A stretch of DNA of 64,000 nucleotides from Lytechinus pictus (lineage: Eukaryota): assembly GCF_037042905.1 (NCBI RefSeq), contig NC_087245.1, positions 8,062,001 to 8,126,000 on the forward strand. Reading direction: 5' to 3'. The notes under the pieces were generated by a model, which saw only the letters and a program-made list of their open reading frames with translations, did not search any database and was not told where the DNA came from. Shown here in pieces: positions 14,530 through 30,200 of the stretch. Both the position numbers and the translations under genes were made by a program. The first letter of the stretch is position 1; each line of letters opens with the position of its first letter.

Positions 14530-14653
14530 ATGCGGGATAATATAGCATTGTCGATTGAATGCCTTGCTCACGGGCTAAGGAGCCGTGGCCGGGGATCAAA
14601 CCCCGGACTGCCAAATGTCTAGTCGGCGACTTAGTCCACTCGGCAACGGCACC
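14530..14653 (-). mobile_element. tRNA-derived SINE fragment
   Basis: Minus strand reads GGTGCCGTTGCCGAGTGGACTAAG (A box) ... GGTTTGATCCCCGGCC (B box), followed by CCCGTGAGCAAGGCA. Confidence 0.65.
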
Positions 14654-15881
14654 TTCCTCAGTCTGGTCAGCCACACGCCAGCTACTACGCCATCTACGGC
14701 ATTTTGAATTTTATTTTGTCTTCGGTTGTCGATCCTTGATTGTGTTTTGATACCTATTAGTGAAAATGGGTCGGCAGCATCAGGGACTCTTGTCAAGTCT
14801 TACCTTGCTTCCTCTGAGTATATTTTACTGGGAAGCACGGTAAGAAACCTTGTTTTCAATTCTTGCAGCATCGCAGGCTAAAGTTCACAAATACGAGGAT
14901 AAGAACATGTGATCATGGTGATTGTGATCATATCATCACCTCATTCAGCTAATTCTCTTCAATTAATATTTACAAACAAAAAGTAAAACCCACCTGAATG
15001 ACTTCATTATCAGGAATTCAAATATAGAACAAAATATCATACAAAGAGATGACACTTGAACACAATAAAACAAGGGTAATGAGGGTAACATGTAAATAAG
15101 ATGAATACGAGGACTATAAAAACAAAGTAATGCTTTCTGAAATAGTCATAATTATATACGACTAAGCTAATATCATGGAGACAATTATAGAATTAATTCG
15201 TCATTTGTAGATGACTATTCCATGTTGCTACAATTATTGTTTTTAAACCTGACTTCCTTTTCCAAAAAGAACAAGTAAAGTGAACATTCTTAAATGCTTG
15301 AAAACACAGTTAAACATAATTGGGCGGTGGACACGAGTCCAATTGCATAACATTCACAAGTATTATTCATTCTTCGTGGTGATAATTGTATTCAGATGTT
15401 CAATTTATAATGGTTTATGATACCTTTGTATAGTTATATATTTCAATGTACTTTTTATATGATTTAAACAAAGATGGAATAAAGACTAAATGAAATGAAA
15501 TGATATATAGTAACTCTGTCATCACCCATGGTACTTTGCTACAATTTCGTAATATAGGCCTAATCTACTTGATGAGATACATCACATAAAATTTCATCGA
15601 GTATGAAGTTAGAAAGAGAAACATTACATTTGTTGGCACGCACAAGGCAAGTTGATGCACTTGATCCACTCTAATTCAATGCTAAATCATTCATGAAATG
15701 TAAATCCTTATACCTAAAGGAGGTGAAGGCCTATATTCAACCGATAAGCCTACATTGTCATCGATTATCATACTTTGAAGAGCATTCGATTTCAAAGAAA
15801 GGTATGATTAAAGAAGTTATACAGTGCCACAGTGATCTCAAATCCTCTGACTGAAGTTCGAGAAAGTGAGAGCCTCGTATC

Positions 15882-16001
15882 TCATTTTCCATGACGCCAT
15901 TTACAGAAGCCATGAACACCGACGATGACGGAGACCAAGGCGAACACGGCTTCGATGAAACTAAGAATAGCTATTACACTGTCCATCACCTGTCTTGATG
16001 A
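15882..16001 (-). CDS. MS4A/CD20-like tetraspan membrane protein, last coding exon (TM4 and stop)
   Basis: Acceptor tttccctattcccatacag. Reads SSRQVMDSVIAILSFIEAVFALVSVIVGVHGFCKWRHGK*, phase 0, 120 bp. Has the characteristic Glu within TM4. Confidence 0.85.
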   Translation of the reverse strand, partial: SSRQVMDSVIAILSFIEAVFALVSVIVGVHGFCKWRHGK

Positions 16002-16540
16002 CTGTATGGGAATAGGGAAAGGGCAGTGAAATAATCAAGATATTTAGATGAAATTTTTATGTCAAAAGCCCTGACATAAACAGCATACAGAAAGATAATA
16101 CATTGATACAAATACAGGTCATGACATAGATATTGAAAAAAAAATCAACATTAAGGACTTGAAATTCTCATGTTTGTGAAATATTATTAGATTTTGCCCC
16201 TATACACTGCTATATAAACCACAGTGGAAGGGGAATAGTGGCATTACAATTTTGTCATATCACTTTTAACACTACCATTATAATTTAGTAATAACACATT
16301 CATGACCATTGCTAATATTCTATATCATGTATATTGACAACAGCATCACGAACTATTGTCAGTGTAGGCTAATTTTCACAAATCCACTTTCAACAACAAT
16401 TCTGATTCTACATGTTCCTATACATATATGTTCTTGTTTATTATTTATTTGAATTGAATTGTGAACTACCAACAAGGTTTACGAAAACAGATATAGGCAT
16501 ACTTCAAATGTTTTAACTCTTCTTGTGTGCGAGATATTAC

Positions 16541-16672
16541 CTCATCAGGGGAGCTGCCACAGTGAAGGTAGGCGCAGATGGAATGAGGTCGAAATCCTGC
16601 CAGGGCATGAATTGCTCCAAGCACAGTGGATGAAACAAAAGAACAACTACTAAGCAAGATGAATGCTGCTAC
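16541..16672 (-). CDS. MS4A/CD20-like protein, exon 3 (TM3 and Cys-containing extracellular loop)
   Basis: Flanked by AG and GTAATA, 132 bp, phase 0/0. Reads VAAFILLSSCSFVSSTVLGAIHALAGFRPHSICAYLHCGSSPDE. Confidence 0.85.
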
Positions 16673-17759
16673 CTATATAATCATGAAACAAACCATCAAC
16701 ACCAGTCTTCAATTAGTCCAGTCATTTTAACTTTTCACTTGGAACAAATTGCAACAGAATGTATTCCAATGCAGAACATTTCTTTGAGGTCCATAGAAGA
16801 CCATACTAAAAGTCCCCAAAAATCCGAATAGGGCAAAGTGTTATAATTTGCACAAACACAATGCATAGTTTTGGTCATATTCGCTCATTTAGTTTACGTA
16901 GCAGACGACGCTAGTGAATACTATGTACTCAGACTCGATTGCAAATCAAATCCATTCCGGACTCGATACTACTGTAAATATTGGCTTTCTCAAACGAACA
17001 AGAACATTGTTACTATTATAAATTCGATTCTGTTTGGACTGTATTAATTGTTTAAAATGAAAGGGTCTAGGTACGGAAACTGTCATATGCTAGTCACGTG
17101 ACGTTGTACACCAAAATATGACATTTTGTGCCTGCTCGATCTCAGAGTTCAAGAGAAAAATGAAATGTAGCCATTGGACCTGTCACATACTATTATACTA
17201 TTATCATACTACCAAAGTCGCTCACCCCTTTTCCGTATTTTGTCAATTTATGGGGAAAATCTGAAAATTTTGAGCCCCTGAAGAGGGAAGGCGTCGATGT
17301 GCTAACATTCTTTTATATGTAGCTGATAGAAAAAAGGCCTTCTCTTTCATCTCCAAGTGGTTAAAAAAGTGACTTTACTCTGTAGCAGAAACGCCTTTTG
17401 CCTCAATGGTGGCTCAAAATTGACTTATTTTCTAATAATTAGGCAAAATCGACAAAAACGTGGGGTGACTACAGCAGCCCCTGAATTTGTAGCGTCGATG
17501 TGCCAGCAGTTTTTGTTACATGTAGCTGATAAACGAAACCTATTAGGCCTATTTCATCTTTAAGTGGTTTCAAAAAATAAAAGTGACTTTACCACATAGT
17601 AGAAATGCCTTTTTGCAGGGAGGGGGGGGGGGTCAAAAACTGCGATTCTTTTTTTTTATAAAGAGGGAAGCTAGGCAAAAGGGTGGGGTGACTTTGGCAA
17701 ACCCTTGAGGGGTAGGCTTTGTGTGCCAGCACTTCTTTACATTTAGCTGATAGAGCAAA

Positions 17760-19020
<1,261 letters not shown>

Positions 19021-19208
19021 ATAAAAAGTAAAAGTAGTATAGGATATAAATAGTAGACCAGTAATTGCCTTTGTTTTCCATAATGTACGGAGAAATTTAA
19101 TCAATAGGCATTTTTGACCTCTGAATCCGTACTTCAAGTCAGAAAAAAAGTATTTTGGGTTTCTTGTCATAGATACTGGTATGATATACACCTGTCGTAT
19201 GCAGGAAG

Positions 19209-20362
19209 TTAAAGGGGGATCCAGCCTTGGCCATTAAATGTTGTGTTGGGAAGGAGAAAAATAAATTAGACAGAATGGTGAAAGTTTGAAAGAAATCGGA
19301 CAAACAATAAGAAAGTTATAGCTGCTTTAAAATTAAGATCACTAATACTATATAGATTTCAAATTGGCAACTGGGTAAGTAAATTATGACAAGGGGCAAG
19401 GACAACTTTTCCATAGGCCATGTACTTTATTATCAGGGATTTGTGGTTTTCTCCTAAGTACCCATTCCCCTGGGGCAGTAATCTAGATATAACCCAGGTA
19501 GTATATTGTTTTATGTCCTCATGAAAGAAAAATCCCGGGGGGGGCCACTTACATTGACGAGTGGATACCATGCGCGACCAAAAAAACACGTAAAAAGGAT
19601 GTCTTTTTCACGATAGGGCACGTTACGTACGTAACGTGATAAGGGTGTCAAAAACACAAAAATAATGAAAAAAGGGTATCTATTTCGCTAGGACAATTAC
19701 GTGTTTAGGGTCGAATTTGCGGGGATGATAAATTAAAATTAAAATGTTTTATAAAGGATGTCCTTTTTGCCCCAACACTTCGTGTTTAGAGTCCAATTTG
19801 CGCGAGGTGTAGAAGATGGGGTCGTACTAAACCAAATTAGGTAAAGCCGACGACCGAAGGACCCGTAACAATAAAACATTCCTGTACTTGTTTAGGGGTT
19901 CATTTCAGGGAATATTTGCCAAGAGTATCGTTTTGTTTCCAATACTTGTTAAGGGTAGGGTTTCACACGCCAAAACTTGTTAAGGGGTGCATTTTCAGAA
20001 TATGGAAATTACGTGTTTAGGGTGCTTTTCGAGACCCCATGGTCGCGCATGGTATCCACTCGTGAATGGAACTGGCCCCCCCGGGAGAAAAATATAATTT
20101 GAAATAAAACTTTTTGGAAAAATGACATTTTAGCCATAATATGTATTGGAGTACATGGAAGAGTAGTCCTTGCCTGACATCACTATGACATCCCATATGT
20201 GGCCAATTTGAAGTCTCCATGGGTATAGTGATTACCAATATTTACAACTTTTAAAAATTCATAACTTTTTTGTTGTTTGTCCAATATTGTCCAAACTTTC
20301 ACCTATCAACTTGTCTGATTTTTATTTTCCTTATAAAAACAAGTTTTTATTTGGGTTGGATT
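19209..20362. mobile_element. TTAA-AGG type (Kolobok-like) non-autonomous element containing a nested CCCGGG-terminal MITE
   Basis: Starts TTAAAGGGGGATCCAGCC and has inverted subterminal blocks (GGTGAAAGTTTG...CAAACTTTCACC). The right end is degenerate. Confidence 0.6.
19534..20085. mobile_element. MITE with CCCGGGGGGG termini
   Basis: CCCGGGGGGGGCCAC...CGAGTGGATACCATGCGCGACC and its inverse GGTCGCGCATGGTATCCACTCG...GGCCCCCCCGGG (about 45-bp TIRs). Confidence 0.8.
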
Positions 20363-20673
20363 TTGAGAAGCATGTAGAAGACGAAGGTTGAATAAGGTAA
20401 GTACCATGAGTACGAAAGAGCTGTCTGTTAATTTCATCTTTTTAAGCATATCAGAATTGGAAATTTATATACTGTTCCAAAACATTAAACATTATAATAA
20501 ACATATGATAACATTAATTAGGACTGATATAGTTGAAGATAAATGATGTAGGCTATGTACAGACAAAATATTTGGATAACCAGGAAAAAGTCACAAAGAA
20601 AGGCACATTACATAAACTGTAATAGTCGAGCTCGGGGCGAGGGAGGTCTTTATATTATTATGTATATACTTAC

Positions 20674-20730
20674 CATTCGTTTTGCACGACATTTGGTAAA
20701 GATTCCGAGGACTCCCCCAGTTATGTACAG
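20674..20730 (-). CDS. MS4A/CD20-like protein, exon 2 (end of TM2 and basic cytoplasmic loop)
   Basis: ttgttactacag | LYITGGVLGIFTKCRAKRM | gtaagt. 57 bp, phase 0/0. Too short to appear in the ORF track. Confidence 0.8.
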
Positions 20731-21852
20731 CTGTAGTAACAAATATTACACAATGGAAGTGGTTTCAACAAATTAAGGCAAGCAATATCGAACAATCTCG
20801 TTTCATGCAATTCAGCAATAGATAAACTCCAACTATTCTTTATATATACCTCAATTTCAATCATTATATAGACCTAATCTTCTTGTCATTTTTTTTTTAT
20901 TTAGAAATGTTTGATAAACTCATTACCGGTCCTCACTAATTCACATTCTCATAAATTTTGATTTACCTAGACGAATGTAGCATAACGTAAGACAGTTGTG
21001 ATTTTTTAAATTTTCGCATATTTTACGCGAATCCCTTTAATTTTCTTTTGACAGAAATACTAATGACGAGACTCTTCATCAACATACAATCGGTTTACAA
21101 CAATGGCAATTGCTCATGTTCAGAAAGAATTCAAAACTTTGTTTCACATTAATGAGGAGAAAATCATAATATTCCTTTAGTCATTTAGTGAGTGGAAGAT
21201 ATTGGTTTCCTCATTTGCATACCGACCTGGATTTGCATACAATTGTTTGGTGAACTTTCTTAATTATACATTATTTCAATGAAACTTTCAGCATTTAGCT
21301 ATTTCGAATTTCTCGTTTTATTCAAATCAACTTTATTGTGGTGTGGACCTGACCTTTATATATGGTCTTTGTAGATTAAACGTCTGGATTCATGTTGATA
21401 CTCATTTCAATAAAAGGCTTGATACATTATTTAATTGTCGTAAATTCTGTCCAATTCTTTTACATTAGAGAAACTAGGGGAATTTCATTTAGAACAAGAA
21501 TAATGTTTCAGTCGTTTTGTAATCTTTTAAGATATCACTACATTCTTTGATTTCGAGTGTTTAAAAGTACCCATCCAACACATACTGCAAATTTATTTAC
21601 AGCAAAAACCTGTGCAAAATGGCAAGTTAACCACCACTCTCAAATACTTCCAGGGACACGTAAATTGCAAGGTACGAACAGAAAAAAAAATTTCGATCGT
21701 TTACTTGTGGTTGTTTTACATTCGTTGAATTTGTTTTGTTTTATCTACTTTCTTTCGAGTGTACTAAATAACACTCGGTGGCATATTGATGGTATTGTGA
21801 AGCAATTCTTTAAAGCATTAATTGAAGAGGCTATCTGAGAGGGGTCACTTAC

Positions 21853-22290
21853 CACAACTCCACACCCGATGTCCATGGCTGGTATCATAGGCCCAATTGT
21901 TGCCTTGGCAACGTAAGCAAATATACCGATGAGTATGATGACCACACCCATGATAATCTGCATCAATGAGAGTATCCTTGTGATACCAGAGTTGTATTCT
22001 GGCAAGTAATGACTCTCATCCTCCTCCTCCTGTCTCTGTCTCATGTTGGTAAACAACCCTCTGCATCCTTTCCCTCCTCTAGCTACTCGTCCTAGATCCC
22101 AGGACCTCTTGTTCATAGAGCTGGTATGTATGACGAAGTCTGGATTGGTCGTTTCGAACTCGTGGCTCTTCGATGATAGCGAAGGTGACATGGTGAGAGG
22201 ATCGAATAGGACATCGTTGGTGTCCCATGCTCCGTTGCTTTGTCCTGTATGACCCTTCGCCATGGCGTGGCTGTGGGCGTAATGATACAT
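21853..22290 (-). CDS. MS4A/CD20-like protein, first coding exon (long cytoplasmic N-terminus, TM1, start of TM2)
   Basis: Part of ORF 21745-22290. ILSLMQIIMGVVIILIGIF matches the MS4A TM1 pattern (LGxxQIxxG). GTAAGT donor follows ...DIGCGVV. The four exons splice to 248 aa. Confidence 0.85.
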
Positions 22291-23283
22291 TGTGAATAGT
22301 TTTAGACAGGTATTATCTTCAAGTTTTCACAATAAAGGGGTTATAATGTAACACAATTTTCTTATATATTGAGCTTGTGTCGATGGGGTATGTCCCAGTC
22401 CTTAATCCGTCCACGTCGGTTCACCTTTAGCAGAATTTTACAAAGTCACAATTGCGAAAATGTTGCACGGGCATCAATAAATATTATAGTTGTTTATACA
22501 CATGTAACTCTCAGGAAAAATATTTCAGCAATACAGTAACTGATCCTTGTTTTTTTTATATTCATTGACATTGCTCCGAGTCAAGAATAGAAAAATGACA
22601 GTAAATTCGCGCGTGAATACCATGTGAATTTGGCGGAAATCAAAATACTCTATACGAATGGAAACTGCTTTGCAAGGGATTTAAATGAAAATGAATAAAT
22701 TAGAGTTGGAACGTAACACCGAAATCGATTATTCCGATTGATTTGAATCTCACTAATTGTTACATAACTGGCCTATTGCCATATGGTTGCAATACACTGC
22801 TGTCTGCAGTGATATACATACGGATCTGATCTATAAGTCATGATTTGTGAGAGGGTGTGTGTTTTCAATCATCATTAAAACGACATGAGGGTACAATAAA
22901 TTAATACGATTACCTGAGAAAAATCAAAACTATGTTCACGGCACTGAAGTGGGGAATTAGCGTGTCGATATAATAAACGTAATTATGGATGTGTATAGAG
23001 AAGAGAAAGTACTGAACTATAATTATTTTCAACAAAGCATTCACTTACCACTCCAAATATAATAATTTATATTACACCTGCTCTATGTATATGCAGGGTT
23101 GTCGGTCCATGTTTCCGCGCATTTAATTATCTGGCCTTAATAATATCTCCCCTTTCTCAGTTTAAGAGTACTCTAAAGACCCACCTTTTCAATTCCTACT
23201 ATTATTTGTTATTTAGATGCATAAATGTTTTCAGCTCTAGATATCAATTTAGCTCCTGAAATAGATTAGATTAAATGAGTTTA

Positions 23284-23667
23284 CACTCTTAAAAATGTTG
23301 GGCAGCATACTGTCCGTACAACAATTGGTTAAAACTTTATCCAATTCTGGGTAGTTTTAAACCAATAATGTGCGCTTTGGGTGAAAACTATACAGTATTG
23401 GTTGAAAACTACCAAGAGTTGGATAATTTTTTAACCAATTGTTGTGTGGAAAGTTTGTTGCCCAACATTTTACAATCTTAAAAATGTTGGGCAACATATT
23501 GTCCACACAACGATTGGTTAAAAAATTATCTTATTTTGGATAGTTTCAAACCAATAATGTGTGCTTTGGGTTGTAGACTACACAGTGTTGGTTGAAAGCT
23601 ACCCAGAGTTGGATACATTTTTAACCAGTTGTTGTGTGGACAGTATGATGCCCATCATTTAAGAGTG
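23284..23667. mobile_element. Dimeric CACTCTTAAAA-terminal MITE with TA duplication (EnSpm/CACTA-like)
   Basis: Two head-to-tail ~190-bp palindromic units. Monomeric relatives lie at about 36860-37037, 38747-38941, 40365-40554 and 49963-50326. Confidence 0.8.
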
Positions 23668-24121
23668 TATAAGAGAGTACTTTAACATACTTCATTGTAA
23701 AGCGCATAAAAAATAAACTATGGCTTAATAATGTGACATTGTTATATAATATCTAGGGGACAAAAGCGAAAAAAAAATACAAAAAATTTTCCCCGCACTT
23801 CGCATGCCAAATTATAATAAAGAAGAAAAATTTGTGATTTTTGTATGTTTAAAAGTTTAATGGTTTTATACTGCTTTTCATTGCTTTTCGAAACATATTT
23901 TTGCAATGCGTATAATACACTTTTCAACTTGTCAAAATTATATGGGGGCAATTCGCCCCCCCCCCCCGATCGAAGCCTCTGCATATTTATAGGGTTGGGC
24001 CTTTCTGCCCGACTAATACCATGAATACTGCGGATATAACTTGACAACCATGACAACCAAAGCCTCAAAGAAATTCGTTGGGAAAGGATGGAGGCTGTAT
24101 ATTGTGAACGCCATGACATCC

Positions 24122-25271
24122 CAGTGGCGAATCAAGGAGGGGGGTAGGGGATTTACATTTAACCCTCCCCTTGTGCTACTAATAAGTAAAACAAAAATAA
24201 TAACATGCACGATTACCAACATGACCAAAGGTGCTTAGAGTGTCAAATTTTCAGGTCGTAAAATCAATTTTTTTTAGCTCGTTATTCGCGCTCGCGTCAA
24301 TTATTTAAATACATCTGTACATTGCTTTGAATTTCCTTTTTTAGGATTAAATCTAAGTATGGAAAAAAGTCAGCTCGCGCTTCGCGCTCGCAGATTAGAC
24401 ACCCATCCTATTTATGATTGCAAAATATGGGTACATTTCCAGTTTTCAATCGGAATCTCAAAAATTTTCAGGTCGCTCTTTCGCGCTCGCATTATTGATT
24501 GATGATATGTATATTCCGTCATGAGTCACTGCAAATAGTTATTAATCGAAATCTTTTCAGGTCTGTGTCTGTATATAATTATTTAAGTTCACCTTCGAGC
24601 TCGCATGACTTTTTTTGTGAGATATGCATATTGTTCATGATAGCACACAGTGCTTAGAATGTCTATAGGTTTCAGGTCGGAAAATCAAAATTTCAGCTCG
24701 CGCTGCGCACTCGCATCAATAAGTTAGGCCTATATATATCCATCCTATTCATGGTTACAAAATTGGCTTAAAATGTCCAGTTTTTTGTTCGAGAAATTAA
24801 AAAATTTCATCTCGCGCTTCACGCTCGTTTTATTTGATTGGTGAGACATGTATTCTATTCAAGATTCACAAACGGGTACTTTGGCAGGTCAGTATATTAA
24901 AAATCTCAGCTAATATAGAATTAACGTGTTCATGTTTACGCAATTATTCCACCATGAAAAGCTTCACAAAAGCATGTAGTCTTATTACCATATCATTAAT
25001 TTTATAAGAAAATTGATAATTCATAGGTGGATTTTGTTTTGGGTAACTTATAAAGTTAATAACCAAACACTTGATAGTTCTGGATATAACCATGTATTAA
25101 ATTGTTACTTGATTTGAAAAGTCGTTATCATGAACTGCCTTTTATGGTCTCCTTTGCGTTAGGGGTTCAAAATAGCACCCAAAAAAATCAGCTCGCCGCT
25201 TCGAGGCTCGCGGGGATGGTACTTCTTGTCTACCCCTCCCCCCATCCTTGGAAAGGCTGGATCCGCCCCTG
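24122..25271. mobile_element. CAGTGGCG...CGCCCCTG element with 5-bp TSD and internal degenerate ~115-bp repeats
   Basis: CATCC flanks both ends (24117-24121 and 25272-25276). CAGCTCGCGCTTCGCGCTCGC hairpin motifs recur internally. Confidence 0.7.
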
Positions 25272-27299
25272 CATCCTACAAATTGGTTATTCAAATTTAA
25301 AAAAAAGATGACATGGCCAAAAATTGAATGAAAGCAATTTCATATTCATACAAGTCAAAACAATTTATCAACTGCTATACATGCAAAATTTAACTTTAAA
25401 TTTGGTAGGAAAATTACATTAGTTTTTGTGGAAACAAAAATCCTGTCAGCGCATTACAGTTTGCGCAGCACATTAAATTTACATTTTTAAACCTTTCCTG
25501 CAACTTTTTTTTAGCTTGTTTTCTTTATATTCTATGCAATGTGATGACCTATAGATTATCAAAAAATAAAAATTAATCAAAAATAGTTTTATTGTTTGTA
25601 CGGTTCGGATTCTCCTATAAGAAGACGCTCAGTTATCCATGAAAGATTTTTGGGAATGTGTATGAACTCCTTCTGTATACTCGATAGAATTCAATATGAG
25701 TATTAATCCAAAACTCTGATCTAGATTGTAAATAGAGCCAACATAGGACTAGGAAAATGTCCACTTTTGCTTGGAATTGCCCACAGTCATGTAGGCTGTA
25801 TTAGTCTTCGGAATATCGGGCTTTCTTTCTTATCCCAATACATATACATACCTACTACTATCACATCCCAAATTAATTTTAATAATTTTGTCATAATATA
25901 CCCAATTTAAAAATACGACATTTTTCACCCATACATGACACATTAGAAATCGTTTTTTCTTTCAGCATTTAAACTCACACATCAAAATTACATTTAGATG
26001 CATTTTTATGTTCAAACAGTGCTCACTATGGTGAAAATTATTTTCCTCATTCGCATTGTACATGATATCGCTATTTTTTATGGCAGCGATTTTAAATTTT
26101 ATAATACAGTATTTGTGGCAGAGTAAATTGTATGATTTGTTAGAAATAATAACATGCATTTTATGGTGCCCACTCTTGTAAAAAGTATAGTTTCACCTAT
26201 TCCCATTGCACATGATACTGTTAGGGCCCATGGCGGCTATTTTGAATTTAAAAGTACAGCATTTATCACCTATATGGCAAAAGAAATGATATATCTCGTT
26301 GGAAATCATGTTGCCAAACATTATATTCCACTCTTGCACCACAATTACAGGCATTTTGTAGTCAAGCAAAGCCAAATATTGTCAAAATTATTTGTCCCAA
26401 ATCAATTTTTTTATAATATAGTTAGGGACGTATGGCAGCCATTTGGAAAATCGAAATACAGCATTTATCAATACGTGACATAAGTAATGACGTATTTCGT
26501 TAGCAATAATGTTTTCAGACAGTATACTTCACTCATAGATGAGAATTGCATACATTTTAGTGCTCGCTCTTAAAAAAATTTATTTTTGGCCATTCATATT
26601 GTACACAATAAAGTATGTTACAGGGTTCTATGGCAGCAATTCTGAATATCAAGAAAATTATTTTCAGATATATTTCGCTCCTGGGACACAATTACAGCCT
26701 TCTTAAAGACAATGTGTGTGCAGTTTTGTGATTTCCATGGGTAATTTGCATATTTTGGCGGCCATATCGGAATTTGCGAGAATTGTTCAAGGTAATAATG
26801 CGAGTCACTATGAGATTCCCGGCCAAAATCTCTGAATTCTCTCTCGTGTTTAACTCATAAATGTCACGAATGGTCTCCAATTCAACTCCTTTTCTCCTTG
26901 GCCAAAATCACTCGTTTTTATCTCGTTTGGGTAAAAGGGGGTAGTTGTAAATTCGTTGAAAACAAGATATATTTTAGATTTTTGATACATCGTTGAGCCA
27001 ATGGCGAAGGTCAGAGAACTTCAATTCCTCTCAAATTTTGACAACGGTCGTAAACCATTGCTGAATCACTAGAAACCATCTCGATTTAATGTCCTTTTTT
27101 ACGAGCGGACGAAGGGCGCTCGCTCCCCAGATAGGTAATCGGATAGTCTGTATATTCATACATTATATTGGATATGATAATGGCATCGACCAATATGACC
27201 AGCACTTTCTATTTTGCAAGTACATAGTTAATGAATTAACAATGAAATGAATCAATGTATCATATACTTTAATTCATTTTTTCCACCAACACCATTGTT

Positions 27300-30200
27300 T
27301 ATTGTTTTTTTTTTCTGAAATTCACACCAAGCTGGTCTGGACAAACAACTGTACGTAGACTACGAAGTCTGGCCCCGATATAAATAGAAGGTCATTGGGC
27401 TGGGTGAAGTATAGAAATTAGCTAATTATGATTTTTTCCCTTTATCATTTACGTAATTTCGACTAAACATGTAAACAAATAAATAAAGTAAGAAATTTCA
27501 TGTTAAAACAAACTTTGAACGAAGAAAATTGATGCCCGAGAAGTCGACTTTCTGCACATGGAACATAGCCTCATGTCAAGACTTTTGGTATCGATTTATT
27601 ATTTTTTTCTTTTTGTGGCAGCACCATAATAAGGCTATTTCTTTCTGCTGCCAATTCTGAGCTGTCTCCTCGTTTCACAAATCATTTCGATTTCTTGTGT
27701 ATCTCTCGCATGAAGGAAATATAAAGCTTACCAACTAAAACTTTCAAATTAATTCCCGGCTACATCAAAATAATTATGGCACTATGGTGGTTGCAGCAGG
27801 TTTTTTTTTAAATGAACCTCGCATGAATTGAATTAAATCAGTGGCGTAATGAGCAAAAATAAATGAGGGAGCTGTATAGCTTTTCGGGTATATTTATGAA
27901 AAAGATTTTAACATTTTAAAACAATTACGATATTGTGATAAAATGTTGACATAATATTCAAATAATGAATTTCACACTTTCTCCTTTTTCTTTCTTAATC
28001 GTGATTTTCATTTCTTCTGGGGATATGGGGGGGGGTAAAGCGACACAAGGGGGGATATCTGTGCGCCACTGAATAGTTTTAGGTTAAGCTCCCCCACCAA
28101 ACTTCGAGGAAAAGGGGCCCAACTGCCCAAGGCTCTTAAACACCATACGATTCCACCTATTATCATGTGGTACTGCCCGCGCATCCGCAATCATTGAAAA
28201 TATTACGCAAGTTTTGTTTTCAAGAAAAAAACATGAATGATAAAAATTATTTTTAAAATCATTATTAAATAATTGATTAACTTATTTATTCCATCATTTA
28301 TCTATTTTCATTTACAATGCCAATGTTCAGGACTTAAATAGGCACACCGCACAGGCCTAACGAAAGAGCTGTTTTGATTAATGCAGAGACGCAAATAATG
28401 TGAAGATTACTTGACGTTTGTTTCGAGAACCTCTAGTCGTATGCTTATAGTATGCAAATACATTTCTTTCAGGAAGGATTTCCCTTAAATTAATACAATA
28501 TTAAGTCTATAGGAAAACAGGTGTATTCTCAAGCATCTGCTCCGCTGGTCATGCATTCTATATTGGTACCTGGAATTGGTATACATTAAATTGTCATCGC
28601 CATGAGAGTCATGTACAGGCGCTGGCGCAAAAGCATATTAAAATTCCTCAGTTTTTTTCCATTGGGCAACGCGCTTCCCGCCACCACTTATGGCAGTCAC
28701 ACTCCGGGTGAAATTTTGAGCTACTGTATATCCTTGGTTTCGCCATGGACATATCCGTTGAGAATACAAGCGTGTACGTGAAAGAGGGTGGAGAAAGGGA
28801 GAGAAAGCCTGATTGATTCAATCCATATATGTGCACGATGGTCCAACTCTTGGAGGGTGGCAATATATATTGATAGAGGAATTAAACTTCTGTTTATTCT
28901 CGTGTAGATCTAAACACTTCGATTTGTCCCATCATAGAGCTAATAGCTCTATGGTCCAATATAATGAAACAGATACTAGTACCATGAAGCTATTAGAGAG
29001 CTTCATGCTAGTACCATGGAGCTATCATGGAGCTCTACGCTAGTACTAGTACACAAACAAACTTTCATTGACTTTATGAACCAATCAAAGTAGATACACT
29101 GGCGTGAATGTAAGCAGTGGGGTCATACCCTTTAAAAAAAAAAAAAAAGTCCTATCCCATACTGCAAGGCAGTCAAGAGTGTATGATGAGATGACTTTGA
29201 TCAAATCAAGCCGTTAATGAAACATTCTGTTCGGACAGTAGTCCCCATATATCTTTGCAATAATTATATTCAATATATAGGGTGACTGACTGCATCATCT
29301 TTGAATATAATTTTAAAGATTGTTCACAATTTGTCCCATATTTTTTTATTTTTATTTTTATTTTAAATCATCGTGCTATATCCATGTATTTATATAAGCC
29401 TATTGTGGCCTGTGATGGATTATAATCACTTCATAAGGCATCCCTAGATAATAATGAAAACGACCAATTTGACCAGCAATAACTATTCTGCAATTAAGTA
29501 TATAATTTTTGTATTTGCAATTAAATGAAGCAATGTGTCATACATTACACCAAAGCCATTGTTTTTTTTAATGACACTCCCACCGACTGGTCTGGAGAAA
29601 GAGCGAAGTCTGGTCCAGTACAAACAGAAGGTCATTAGGCTGGGTGAAGTACAGAAAATGGCTATAATTATGATTATTTCCATTGCTCTTTTACACGATT
29701 TTGACAAAATATGCAAAAAATGAATAAAATATGAAATTTTATGTTAGAATAAACTTTGAACAAGAAATTTGATGCACGACAAGTGAAGTCGGCTTTTCGC
29801 ACATTGAACATAGCCTCATGTCAATACATTTGGTTTAGATTCATTATTTTGTTCTTTTGGTGGCAGCACCAATGCGGTTTTCTGTCTTCTATGCCGTCTT
29901 CTCGTTTATAGTATTATAAGCAAACATATTTGTTTTTATTCATTTTATCTATATTTTTAATTGCACATTTTTATCTCTCTTCTTTATCATTTACTATAAT
30001 TGTGAATCTGAATCATTTTTAATTCTCAATTCATTTTTTTTTCAATAAACCTTAAAGGGGTACTCCAGTCTGAACAATATTTACATCTAAATGAATAGAG
30101 TATAATTCACAGAGCACAATGCTGAAAATTTTATCAAAATCGGATTACAAATAACGAAGTATAATTGAATTTCAAAGTTTATCAATATTTTGTGAAAATA

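Noticed and set aside
21745..21852. C-terminal 35 aa of the 181-aa ORF
   Set aside because: This is intron read-through past the GTAAGT donor at 21852.
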